A stretch of 63,063 nt of DNA, the filler included, from Globobulimina sp. (Eukaryota), in NCBI GenBank assembly GCA_003354225.1. It is 49 parts of 49 records of this genome, joined end to end, with 100 filler letters (N's around TTAATTAATTAA, not from the genome) between each part and the next. Parts side by side here need not be neighbours in the genome. Positions count along the whole stretch, not along the records: positions 23,220 to 24,408 come from PIVH01021345.1; positions 24,509 to 25,697 come from PIVH01021346.1; positions 25,798 to 26,986 come from PIVH01021347.1; positions 27,087 to 28,275 come from PIVH01021348.1; positions 28,376 to 29,564 come from PIVH01021349.1; positions 29,665 to 30,853 come from PIVH01021350.1; positions 30,954 to 32,142 come from PIVH01021351.1; positions 32,243 to 33,431 come from PIVH01021352.1; 41 more parts are not named here. One strand, written 5' to 3'. The notes below the pieces were generated by a model that saw only the letters and a list, made by a program, of their open reading frames with translations, had not been told where the DNA came from and did not search any database. Positions 23,360 through 34,098 of this stretch are shown here, piece by piece. The translations under genes were made by a program, and so were the position numbers. How positions within the stretch are numbered: position 1 is the stretch's first letter; every line of letters starts with the position of its first letter.

Positions 23360-24350
23360 AAAATTTGCATAATGTGATACTATGTAAATTTTAACAAAAA
23401 ATTCTCATATCACAATCTGGAAACGAAAATCATGGAAATGGATAGAATTGGTAGCTACTAAAAATTGTCCAACCATGGAGTTTGAATTGTCCGTTACATT
23501 TTTTATGCTTGCGTTACCATGATAACATGTATTATTAGCTGTACTGTACTAAACTGTACCATGTGGTAATCAAATCTCAAACGCTCTGTCTCCTACCCTG
23601 ACTATGGCTAATGTGATTTATATATTTGAAACCATTTCCAAAAACGAAAATCGCAAAAAAATATGATTTCCTGGAACAAGCCAAATCCGGTCAAAAACGT
23701 GCCACTCCTCCTATACTTATGGCATAGCAAAGTTAAATATATGGTCCTAAAGTTAATGGATGGCAGTCGAACCGCTACAGAGAGTATAGTCAATTTTCTC
23801 TTGAAAACTAAATCATTCTTTTCCTTCCAGCGAAGTTTCCTTAGCTATATAATCATTTAATTATTAGTACAGTACTGCTTTACGGTACAGTATTGTATTG
23901 TATCATCGGTAAATCAATTGACAAATCATGCCATAATTTTCTTAGCCATAAACAACCTATTACTCACTTAGTGATTACTTTTTGTGAGAAAATTTATTAA
24001 CTGTACCGGATTGATCAGTCCTGCATTAACTTAACTATATGACCCCTGCATTTAACTTTGTTGTGTATTAAGTATATGAGGAGTGGCACATTTATGACCA
24101 CATCCGGTACTGGCCAAGAATTTCACATTTTTTGTGATAGTAGACATATAATAAATAGTAGGGATAGGAGCTTTTTGAGATTTGGTTGAAACATGGTACA
24201 GCACATTACAGTTAATAAAAAGGTAATGAGCAATTCAAACTCCATGATATGACAATTTTCAGCATAACTGATCCACATCCATTTCCAGGATTTTCAGTTC
24301 TGTCTGCGATATACACATTCTCATTTGTGGTGCAAAAAAATGCAAATTGG
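23360..24350. repeat. Long imperfect inverted repeat (foldback/MITE-like), arms ~23360-23815 and ~23970-24350
   Basis: Colinear reverse-complement matches such as CATGGAGTTTGAATTG, CAAATCTCAAA, GTGCCACTCCTC, CAAAGTTAAAT and AATTTTCTC, separated by many substitutions and indels. Confidence 0.85.
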
Positions 24351-24354
24351 CATA

Positions 24355-24398
24355 TGTACTGTACTGTACTGTACTGTACTGTACTGTACTGTACTGTA
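24355..24398. repeat. (TGTAC)n microsatellite
   Basis: About 9 perfect pentamer copies. Confidence 0.97.
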
Positions 24399-24786
24399 AC
24401 CATATACCNNNNNNNNNNNNNNNNNNNNNNNNNNNNNNNNNNNNNNNNNNNNTTAATTAATTAANNNNNNNNNNNNNNNNNNNNNNNNNNNNNNNNNNNN
24501 NNNNNNNNACTTCATTGGTTCGATGCGGTATTATCCGGAGTGTTTTTAGGTGGTTTGAAGCAGTCAATATATAATAAAACAGATTATGGGATAATATCAT
24601 CTTTGATTGAATATGTCATATTTCCAAGCCTGTGTCGGAGATCTGGTTATTTTGAGTTTGATTGTTTGTTAATTAAATGTGAAGTGGAAAACTTACTGTG
24701 TTTGAAACTTCACTAACTTTTCTTTTGCTTCTTGCAATTCCATCCCTGCGTATATAACCAATATAACCAAGTAATTTAGCGTCGAC

Positions 24787-25697
24787 ATGTCATATGGCAC
24801 AAATAGCGTCGTGTCCCATGCAATATCCTCCCTCTCCAAAGATGACAAGAAGCAGTTAAAGAAAAGGTGGAAATTCAGTTTCTCAAAAGCCAATCTCAAG
24901 AAATCCAAATCTAAATCAACAAGCGATTATTTCAATGCAAATGAAATTACATTTCTCCTACATTTTATACAAAAGAAAAACACATCTCTCTTTTTTGCAC
25001 CAACGGCAAATCGTTCCTCGCTCGCATCGTTCCAATTATTTCTCCAAATCGTGAAAGAACGTTGTGTTCCAAATGAAGAAAGTATTGGCAGTCTCCATGA
25101 TTTATTACTGCTATGCTGCACGCCGTTCAATGACAAATCCTTCGAAAAATTCAAAGGAACCCCGGACTATGCAACTTATGATGAAATCAAACAATTTAAA
25201 GCCGTCGAATTTTTAAACAGTGACAACGTAAATTTCAATGATGATGACGACGACGATGATTTACTTTTAGGTCATTCAAAACACGAAGTTGCAAATGAAG
25301 AAGGCTCGCCACCTTCCTCTCTCTTCAATGGTTTAAGTTACTCATTATCTCCTTCCTCAACAGTCTCTGATACAAATTCCGTTGCCAATGATGATGCATT
25401 ACAATTCTCCCAAGCCACCAACAGTTTAATTGAGATGATTAATACACAAAATATCATCGACGATGCGCAAATGGCCACAAATAAGGCGATGGAACAGAAT
25501 TATCACAATTTCTTTCATTCCATTGTTTTGGAGAGAAAAGAAATGGCGTCGTTGGAGAATAACAATCGAAACACCGACGTAAAGCGATCGACCGTTATTT
25601 CGGCAATCGTAGCGAACAAATTATTGTTTGACTTCGAGCTCAATTTGCCAATCCCTGCCACGTTGCTATCGCATATCAAATACTTTGCAAAAATAGC
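24787..25697 (+). CDS. Hypothetical protein, 3' truncated
   Basis: ORF of ~300 codons with Lys-rich, Asp-rich and Ser-rich tracts; no recognised domain. Confidence 0.55.
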
Positions 25698-25799
25698 NNN
25701 NNNNNNNNNNNNNNNNNNNNNNNNNNNNNNNNNNNNNNNNNTTAATTAATTAANNNNNNNNNNNNNNNNNNNNNNNNNNNNNNNNNNNNNNNNNNNNAA

Positions 25800-26654
25800 C
25801 CACAAACTTATCCAAACACTAAGAAAAAAGCAAAAAGAAAAAAAAGGTGTCCAAGATGTCCACACAATATTATACGTTTCAAGGAAAATATATCATCCAA
25901 GGAATATTTGTATTTTGTTGAAAGAAATAGTACCGATACATATCGGAAATTGATTAAAATGTCAAATGAAATAAAAAAGAAAAAAATACCATCAAAATAT
26001 GAGCAAATGTTACTGTCCAAAATAATTACAATTAAGCAAATAATGGGAACAGGTAAAGAAAAAAGGGATTGTTGGTATACACCACATAGAGCATGGTCAC
26101 ATATCGTGCAATACATTATGTCAAAAAGACCGAAAACAAAACAAATAACAGCTATTGATTTATTTTTTGGTGAAGATTTCAAGCAAAAAGCATGGTGTAA
26201 GAACCAAAGGTATTATAAAGGTGATCAGAGTGATTATACGCGATCGTTTGTACTCAAACAATACATTGAAGACTACAAAAACATCATCAAATATAAACAT
26301 GCTGTAGCTGGTAAATATGAGCTTGTATTAAGTAATCCAATGTACTCACAGATAGAGGAATGTTTTAAGGATTGTTTAAAATTAAGCAAACCATTTGCGT
26401 TGTTAGTACCGGTTAAAGTGTTGCAAGCGGCATGGTTTAAAGAAACATTTCTTAAAACAAACTTGATAGCAACACTAAAACCAGAACAAAAATACGAATT
26501 TGAACAGATACGACAGAATGGAAAAAGATATGCGCCAAATAACTGTCCATTTGAGTCTATTTGGATTATGTATAATCTTAAAACAATGCGAATTGACTGT
26601 CAAAATGAACAAACAAAAGAGTACACAATCACTAGTTATGCCAATCAAAATTAA
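25800..26654 (+). CDS. Viral/Polinton-type N6-adenine DNA methyltransferase-like protein, 5' truncated
   Basis: DCWYTP..AW (motif X), AIDLFFGE (motif I), LVLSNPMYS (motif IV, NPPY-like), KPFALLVP, NNCPFESIW; frame open from the edge with a basic CPRCPH-containing extension. Confidence 0.75.
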   Translation, partial: PQTYPNTKKKAKRKKRCPRCPHNIIRFKENISSKEYLYFVERNSTDTYRKLIKMSNEIKKKKIPSKYEQMLLSKIITIKQIMGTGKEKRDCWYTPHRAWSHIVQYIMSKRPKTKQITAIDLFFGEDFKQKAWCKNQRYYKGDQSDYTRSFVLKQYIEDYKNIIKYKHAVAGKYELVLSNPMYSQIEECFKDCLKLSKPFALLVPVKVLQAAWFKETFLKTNLIATLKPEQKYEFEQIRQNGKRYAPNNCPFESIWIMYNLKTMRIDCQNEQTKEYTITSYANQN

Positions 26655-27087
26655 ATACAAAAACATACCATTTGAGCCTTGTGCAGCCACTAAAGCTAAT
26701 TTGTGTACATATATTACTGATATTGATTGATGTTAACTATAAATACATGTAATTTATTGGTTCATTGTCTAATGAATACCATGCACGGAGTGCACTTTAT
26801 TTCTGCCACTTTCACTTTCAGGAATCAGGAATGATCAATGTGTTCCAAATCAACGTGGTTGTGCTTCAACATTTGTTTCGGTGCGCCAACTTGCTTCTTC
26901 GTCTTCATTGTGGCCATCAACTAGTTTAGTACTTCAGCAGAAAAAAAATAATCCGAAAAATTAAAAAAACATTTTTTTGTTTGATANNNNNNNNNNNNNN
27001 NNNNNNNNNNNNNNNNNNNNNNNNNNNNNNTTAATTAATTAANNNNNNNNNNNNNNNNNNNNNNNNNNNNNNNNNNNNNNNNNNNNA

Positions 27088-28035
27088 AATTCATTATCAA
27101 TGGAATCCAATGAACAGTTGGATGTCGTCAATAAAATTGAAGAGGCGATAAAAATGGCCGGTACGGATATGGATGATTTCAAGAAAGAATTTGGTGAGAA
27201 ATTCTTTGGCGAAGAATGTCTGACTGCTATGTTCAAAGCAGTTTTATCGGATATTAATGTGGTTAAAATCTTACAACAGGGCGTTGCTTTTGCTCTATCT
27301 CAACTTCGCCCAATTTTTAATTTGGTGTAAGCATTGGATGGAAGGACTGCAGTCACTGCTAAAAAAAAGATGAAAGCGCATCATGCATTTTTATTGATAT
27401 TGCCCCACGCTGTGGATTATGTGGGTGATATTGAAAATGAATTGAAACAAAATGATGTCAAAATTGTTAAAAAACATGGTCAGATTGAAAATGCTAAAGC
27501 AAAGTGGTTGATATTAAAGCAATGGGTTGCGTTCATAGACGGAGATTTAGGGAAAATGGAGGATGATGAAAAAGAATTTATGGAATTGGATGAATTTATG
27601 ATGCAACAAATCCATGAAAAAGATAAAACAGCACAAAAAAATAATGAATTTATGGATGCAGTTTTAACTAAAAAATGGATTGGGAGACATTTATGGACGT
27701 ATTTTCAAACTGCAACAAATCAATGCATTGGATGGGAAATAGAGTTGGAATATGAAGGTGGAAAATATTGGAATACTCCTGCGAATTTTCTGAGTGATAA
27801 TTTTAATATTTGGTGTCCATCCATTTTAGGCGAATATCCCAGTGCATTTTTACCAGATACAATGAATGGAACGTTTATGAAATTGTGGACGTCAAAACAG
27901 GATGGAAAAGAATTAAATGCAAGAATTAATTTAGGTTTTACTGATGTTATTGATGCAAGGTTTGTTAAGGAAATATTGAATGTAGAAATTGATGGAGCAA
28001 ATATTGAGGATAATGATAAAAGTGCAAAACAATAA
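27088..28035 (+). CDS. Hypothetical protein interrupted by a single in-frame TAA (27328-27330)
   Basis: ORFs 27100-27330 and 27334-28035 share a frame and similar purine-rich codon usage. Confidence 0.5.
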
Positions 28036-28377
28036 AGGGAGAAGATAAAGTATTTTACTCTGATTTATATTCAATATTATTATAGACAGTAACTTTTACT
28101 TTTGCAGCCACCCCGGCTTGTTTTAATTTTTTCTGTATAATATCACACATAGTATTTTTAAATAAGATCTGGGTCAAACTGTAGGTGTCATCCAATAGGA
28201 TTTGAAACGAATATGGATGTCCTAATTCTATCTTTTCTAAGTCTACCAACAATTGATGCGCATATCAAGACTGATNNNNNNNNNNNNNNNNNNNNNNNNN
28301 NNNNNNNNNNNNNNNNNNNTTAATTAATTAANNNNNNNNNNNNNNNNNNNNNNNNNNNNNNNNNNNNNNNNNNNNCC

Positions 28378-29398
28378 ATGGACTTAGCGACTGCAGAAAA
28401 GCAAGGCCAAGCCATTGTAGATGCGCTTAATTGTAGTAATTCAACGAACAGTGCGATGGTCGTATCCTGTATGAGGTCTGTTTCTGCAGTGAACATAACC
28501 AGTGCATACCCGCAGGCATGGATGGACGCAGACGACCAAGCTTTTGGACTCCCTGCGAGCAAGCAAGGGTTTGGCGAAGCGGGTTTAATGATTGTTGACG
28601 GATATTTAGTGACACAGTCTGTGTTTGAGGCATTGCAGAGTGGACTCGTCGACGTACCGCTACTTATTGGCAATACTCAGTATGAAGCTGATTTTTTACC
28701 GTTCGTAGATGTTACTAACTTAACCACGGAAGCGCAATTTGCTGCGTTTTTAAACAAACAGTTTATTGAATGGGGTCCAAATGTATGTAATGTTAATGTT
28801 AATATATTCTAAATTGTACCGTTTTGTTATTAATTATAAGTTTGGCGAGAATTTATGGAAAAGATATTACAATGAAGAATATAATTTGGGTGGATCGCAA
28901 TTGACATACAATGCAATTTCAACGGATAGCACAGGCTTTTGCGGCACAAAGTATTTCGCGGAGATTGCTGCGGATTCAGATAAATATCAATCAAATGTTT
29001 ATTTATATTCATTTCAGCAATGGCCATCGCATCCATTTCCAGCAAGGATTGGTTGGAATTGTTCATATTCGTATCATTCCATTGGCTTTGATGCTGCTAC
29101 ATTTTCATGGCTTGCCTTTCAATATTGGGGCACTTTGCATTTTGAACCAGAAATTAGTGACAACGGATTTGGTGAAACAATACGCGATCATTGGAATCAT
29201 TTTGTTTTAGATGATAAACCATTGGATATTTGGAAAGCATATAATAGCGACAATAATTATGGTGTTGCATTAGTCGGAAATGGGCCAAATAAATATACAC
29301 AATATAATGTCACAAAAATGGTTCAAAACTATAAATCCGATATTTGTAAATATTATTTGGATAACGGTATTGGGGCAGCGTTTTGGTGGAGCAATTAA
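28378..29398 (+). CDS. Type-B carboxylesterase/lipase, C-terminal half (intron 28783-28840)
   Basis: VDGYLV, VPLLIGNTQYEA (catalytic Glu), SNVYLYSF, SYH (catalytic His); a 58-nt phase-0 intron joins both ORFs. Confidence 0.85.
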
Positions 29399-29664
29399 TC
29401 CTAATTTATTATTCCAGATCATTTTAAAAAGAAAAAATATAGACAGCTCCTTGAACAATGACGTTTTTTTGCTATTATCCTAGATCACTATCGATCCATT
29501 TATTTTTTTGGCTTAGTTTGAATATTTAAGTATCATGTCTGAATATTCCGCTTAGTATGCTGACNNNNNNNNNNNNNNNNNNNNNNNNNNNNNNNNNNNN
29601 NNNNNNNNTTAATTAATTAANNNNNNNNNNNNNNNNNNNNNNNNNNNNNNNNNNNNNNNNNNNN

Positions 29665-30824
29665 AGGTCGGCGGGCATCAACACTTGAAGCACGCGAAGA
29701 TTGTGCCACTGGGAATCATTCAGATTATGTCGAGTCATTAAGAAGCAATCATTCGATATTTCACAGGCAAAGGTGTTGCTGTTTCGTTTGACCTACATTG
29801 GCCATGTTGCGACCACAGCAATCTACAATGTTCCGGCGGTGAGACCCCGTTAGCACTGAGATACTATGGCCCGTATCCAGGAACTCTTGCGTTTTGGGGG
29901 AATGTGTCTGCCAAATATAAGGATAATCCTTATGTTTTTATAATATTTTTGGTGGATTATATTTGTATATATATACATGAAAATATACATAGACCTCATT
30001 TTGATGATTTTAGTGTGTGGTACTCTGGAAATGCAGTGTATGTGGGCGTCACTGAAATGATGTCAGTAATTCGCAAACAAGACCCAAATGGCATGGTAAT
30101 ATTGGCAGGAATGGCCAACTATGCCTTTGATGCTATAACTCCCATTGCTTTTTATTTAAAATATAAAATGGATTCCGGCGACTATCCAACAAATATACTG
30201 TATAATTTGCATCCATATCAAGGTGGACCTCAAGGTAATGACAAATCTGTGCAAGGAACAGGAAAAGCGATATTATCATTGCAGACCATTGGGCCTGTCA
30301 TCATCACTGAGTTTGGCCAATACTGTTGTAACGGCAATGGAAAAAGCACAGATTGCTCTGGCAAAACAATAATATTAATTTGGCGCTGCAATATGATGTG
30401 TCATGGATTGGCTGGGCATGGGAGGGCACTTCCAACTGTCCATCGTGCGGTTATCCGGCAATGAGGGGTGTTGGAGGAAGCAACAGTTCATTTTTGAGTA
30501 TGCCGGCGCAAATTGGACACTTGCATGGAATGCTTTTGTTGCAAATGAAAATATTATTGTCGAGGATACGAGCAATGGCGGACAATTGCAGCCAAATGTG
30601 ATGGAAGAGTATGGCTATTTGCCTCGACCGTGTATTATGGGGAATTATGGTCGGGCAATAACTGTGGCTATGATTTGGGGATAGATGTTAAAACATTGAA
30701 TTATGAGGATTTTATAAGTGAGGATGGATATTATGTAGGAATACCACCGAAAGGCGATTGCAAATCTCAACGATGTGCTGGAATCGATACTTGTAAGACT
30801 TCAACAAAGGTTTGCAGTGCATGA
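29665..30824 (+). pseudogene. Glycoside hydrolase family 5 (cellulase-like), frameshifted and internally deleted
   Basis: FDLHW, FWGNVSAKYKDNPYVF, YNLHPY, PVIITEFG (nucleophile), SWIGWAW; at least 3 frameshifts; NEP motif incomplete. Confidence 0.8.
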
Positions 30825-30954
30825 ACGATTAATTATGTTAGGTACATCTTGAGNNNNNNNNNNNNNNNNNNNNNNNNNNNNNNNNNNNNNNNNNNNNTTA
30901 ATTAATTAANNNNNNNNNNNNNNNNNNNNNNNNNNNNNNNNNNNNNNNNNNNNT

Positions 30955-32040
30955 CTCAGCGGTCGCTATGCGGCTATTGGCAAAAAGGTTTTAAGGAGTA
31001 TTGAACTGGCTCTTTTTCAATACAACTCCTCAAAAAGCCATTCATTGATCAAACTTGTTGTAAAAGATACCAGGTCGAGCCCTGAACATACTGCCAATAA
31101 TATTGAAGGACTTATCGAACAACACGCGGCAGCCATTATAGGACCAATGACCACCAGCAAATCAGCGGCAATTGAAGCACAAAAAAGAGAAATACCTATA
31201 ATAACATTAACTCAGAAATCTGACATTATTGATATGGGGGATTATGTGTTCAGGAATTTTTTGACACCCAGGATGCAAATTGACACAATTGTGCCATATA
31301 CAATCGAGAAACTTGGAATATACCGTTTTGCAGTCCTTCACCCGGATGATAATTATGGAAACACATTAATTAAACTTTTCAATCGAAAAGTTTTGGCATA
31401 TGGGGGAGAAGTCGTCGCTGTGGAATCTTACAAACCGAATCAAACAGATTTTGCCAAGGAAATTAAGTCATTTTGGAATATTGGCAGCCATAATCAATCT
31501 GACTACGAAGGAACAGGATCATATGCCGGCCTCAAAAGAACTAAATACATAGAACCCGAAATAGATATTAATTTTGAAGCTGTTTTTATTCCGGACACAT
31601 CCGATGCTGCTGCACTAATAGCGCCACAACTCGTTTTTTACAATATTGAGGATGTTCTCCTTTTAGGCACTAATTTATGGCATTCGGATGCATTGCTAAA
31701 AACTGCCAGGAAATATGTACAGGGGGCTATTATAACAGATAGCTTTTATATGAAAAGCAAGCAGAAGAACGTTGTAGATTTTATAAATAGTTTCACTGAA
31801 AAATATGGTGAACAGCCTGATAATATAGAGGCTATTGCATACGACACAGCAATGATTGTTTTCAAACTGGTTAGCCTCCCTGATGTTTTATCAAGGGCAG
31901 ATCTAAAGAACAGGCTGCTTTCGCTCCGTGATTATAAAGGAGTCACCGGACTTACTTCATTCCTGCCAAGCGGCGATGTTCGCAAAAGATTGTATTTACT
32001 CCAGATAAAAGGGGATAATTTTATTGAACTCGATCAATGA
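30955..32040 (+). CDS. Bacterial LpoA/LppC-like (penicillin-binding protein activator) periplasmic-binding domain, 5' truncated
   Basis: LSGRYAAIG, AAAIIGP, VFRNFLTP, FAVLHPDDNYG, FEAVFIPD, IAPQL, LLGTNLWHS, AIAYD, YKGVTGLTSF; intronless; resembles deltaproteobacterial homologues. Confidence 0.85.
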   Translation, partial: LSGRYAAIGKKVLRSIELALFQYNSSKSHSLIKLVVKDTRSSPEHTANNIEGLIEQHAAAIIGPMTTSKSAAIEAQKREIPIITLTQKSDIIDMGDYVFRNFLTPRMQIDTIVPYTIEKLGIYRFAVLHPDDNYGNTLIKLFNRKVLAYGGEVVAVESYKPNQTDFAKEIKSFWNIGSHNQSDYEGTGSYAGLKRTKYIEPEIDINFEAVFIPDTSDAAALIAPQLVFYNIEDVLLLGTNLWHSDALLKTARKYVQGAIITDSFYMKSKQKNVVDFINSFTEKYGEQPDNIEAIAYDTAMIVFKLVSLPDVLSRADLKNRLLSLRDYKGVTGLTSFLPSGDVRKRLYLLQIKGDNFIELDQ

Positions 32041-32242
32041 AGATCGAATAAAATGTAAAGTTATTTTTATTAACCCGGCAATTAATCACAAAAATGGCTG
32101 TTGTTTACATTATATGTTACTAATCTACTTGATTTAAATCCCNNNNNNNNNNNNNNNNNNNNNNNNNNNNNNNNNNNNNNNNNNNNTTAATTAATTAANN
32201 NNNNNNNNNNNNNNNNNNNNNNNNNNNNNNNNNNNNNNNNNN

Positions 32243-32400
32243 TGGAAAATTCTGTCTCTTGCATGTACAAAATTCGTTTCTGAAATTCGTGTACAAAATT
32301 CTTGGAAAACGTTTCTGGAAATGTTCGAAAAATGTTTCTGGAAATGTTCTGGAAAAACGTTTCTGAAAGTGTTCCGGAAAAACAAATTGAAAAAAAAAAT
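32243..32400. repeat. Degenerate GTTTCTGGAAATGTTC-type tandem repeats
   Basis: Several diverged copies of TTTCTG(G)AAA/TGTTC units. Confidence 0.75.
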
Positions 32401-32799
32401 TCGAAAAAATATTTAATGGTAAAACGAAGAAAACAAAACATATGGTAAAACGACGAAAACAAAACACAAAAGTAACATTAAATGCCCGACATTAAATGCC
32501 CAATGTCGAGAATGGAGACAACATAGGTTCCGCTATTAGCGCGATCTCAAAAAACATTGCGATGATTTCAACTCAATTCGTCATACTTTCAACACATTAA
32601 CAATTGCTAATTTGCGATAATTCGTAATGGCGACGACAGTGTTAATTGCATGGCTCAAATCAACATGGAAACATAGTTGCAGAGTTTTTGCTATGTTTTA
32701 TGTAACAATAATTGCGGAAAAGTCAAAGTGCAAAGTTGTGATTTTGAGGAACAGTTTTTATAAGTGCGGAAACACAATGCAGATAATATATACAGCTCC

Positions 32800-33177
32800 G
32801 TAAAATCATTTTTCAAAAAAACATGAACTACCATCATTCCATGGATATCAAGGATACTCGGACTTCTATGGATCATCAGGAATGTATGTACAGACATCAA
32901 TCAAACACGAACCAGTTGACACACTCCCACCAGATGGAAACAGTGAAACAATCTGATTGAATATATTGACGAAAACGATATACAAATATTAAATATTAAA
33001 TGGACAAATAACGCATACAAACAGAGCAACAAAAAAACATAACAGAATTGTTTGGACATTAGCACACAAAGAAGTGAATACAAACAACATGAACTGGCGC
33101 ACAATAAAAATGCAAAACCTTTCAACAAACAAAACCTACAGTGACCACAACATGATAATATTCAACATAAATAACAT
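32800..33177 (+). mobile_element. Relic of a non-LTR (LINE) retrotransposon APE endonuclease
   Basis: Across frameshifts: LPSFHGY..GSSGMYVQTSIKH, NNLIEYIDENDIQILN, GQITHTN, WTLA, NWRT, YSDHNMIIFNI (terminal SDH motif). Confidence 0.65.
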
Positions 33178-33296
33178 TAAAATCCAGACACAAAAATTTT
33201 TGTTTTATAGTAACATCATTATTTGTTATAATTTGCGCAGGAATAGCTCCTTTTATTTATCATTTGCAAGGAGGTGCGCAGGAATAGCTCCTCTTA

Positions 33297-33363
33297 TATA
33301 TCCATTTGATATTCATTCGATACCCATTCGATATACATTCGATATCCATTCGATACTCATTCC
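33297..33363. repeat. 11-bp tandem repeat (ATATCCATTCG-like) x~6
   Basis: GATA..CATTC units repeated head to tail. Confidence 0.85.
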
Positions 33364-33531
33364 CGCCGCCATTCAAACTCACCGTTTCCTATCAAAAACT
33401 GAATGAATTCGTGATACTTTCAATTCGCTGGNNNNNNNNNNNNNNNNNNNNNNNNNNNNNNNNNNNNNNNNNNNNTTAATTAATTAANNNNNNNNNNNNN
33501 NNNNNNNNNNNNNNNNNNNNNNNNNNNNNNN

Positions 33532-33732
33532 TTGCAATTCTTTAACACAAACAAGAAATATTGCAATTGATACATATTGAAAACTTTTAATTTCATTTGT
33601 TTGAAGGTATCCACATATATAAAACAATAAATGTTCAATATTTGCAATATCCGCAAATGAAAACGTTTTTGCTTTTATTTTTTTAATTTTGTTTTTTGGC
33701 TCATTCAATTCTTTTTTCGATAACCTGGTCAT
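33532..33732 (-). CDS. F-box-like protein N-terminus
   Basis: FADIANIEHLLFYICGYLQTNEIKSFQYVS; similar pattern to the 14191-15379 protein. Confidence 0.45.
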
Positions 33733-33770
33733 ATACCTTCGTTTGTGTTGTTGTGTTTCATCATCGATAT

Positions 33771-34040
33771 CTAATTCATCATTATCAACATCTCTCGATA
33801 TTTAATTTTTGAATCAACATTTTTAAATGATGTACTTGAAACCCATTCCATATGCAGTTTTCTTGTGGATGCCCAACCAAAGGCAATGTATTGCAATTTT
33901 AATTTACCACCATCTTTTTCAATAACCTGTGACAATTCAACTGGTTTGTCTTCAGCTCTATGATCAACAAAACTATCTACTTCCAAATCATTGACTTTCT
34001 CCAATGATAAGTGATTTGGAAAATCTGCCATGTCTGACAT
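33771..34040 (-). CDS. Tudor/chromo-barrel (Royal family)-like domain fragment
   Basis: LEVDSFVDHR...SQVIEKDGGKLKLQY..GW....EWV pattern. Confidence 0.45.
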   Translation of the reverse strand: MSDMADFPNHLSLEKVNDLEVDSFVDHRAEDKPVELSQVIEKDGGKLKLQYIAFGWASTRKLHMEWVSSTSFKNVDSKIKYREMLIMMN

Positions 34041-34098
34041 TGTTTGTGTTTTTTTTAATAAATAAAAACAATTCCAGCCCCTTTGATATTTCGAGAAC

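Noticed and set aside
24355..24398. Telomeric repeat
   Set aside because: TGTAC is not a G-rich telomere motif and non-repeat sequence follows it
5161..26654. Nuclease (5161-5871) plus methyltransferase (25800-26654) as a restriction-modification-like system
   Set aside because: They are on different, unlinked contigs; co-occurrence in the window results from length sorting
2915..27330. Stop-codon reassignment (TAA/TAG read as sense) suggested by isolated in-frame stops
   Set aside because: Conserved genes here end at TAA/TAG/TGA at expected positions and long AT-rich ORFs lack internal TAA/TAG; the isolated stops mostly sit in decayed elements
32187..32467. Three overlapping Phe-rich ORFs
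   Set aside because: Produced by a stop-poor tandem repeat and run into the N linker
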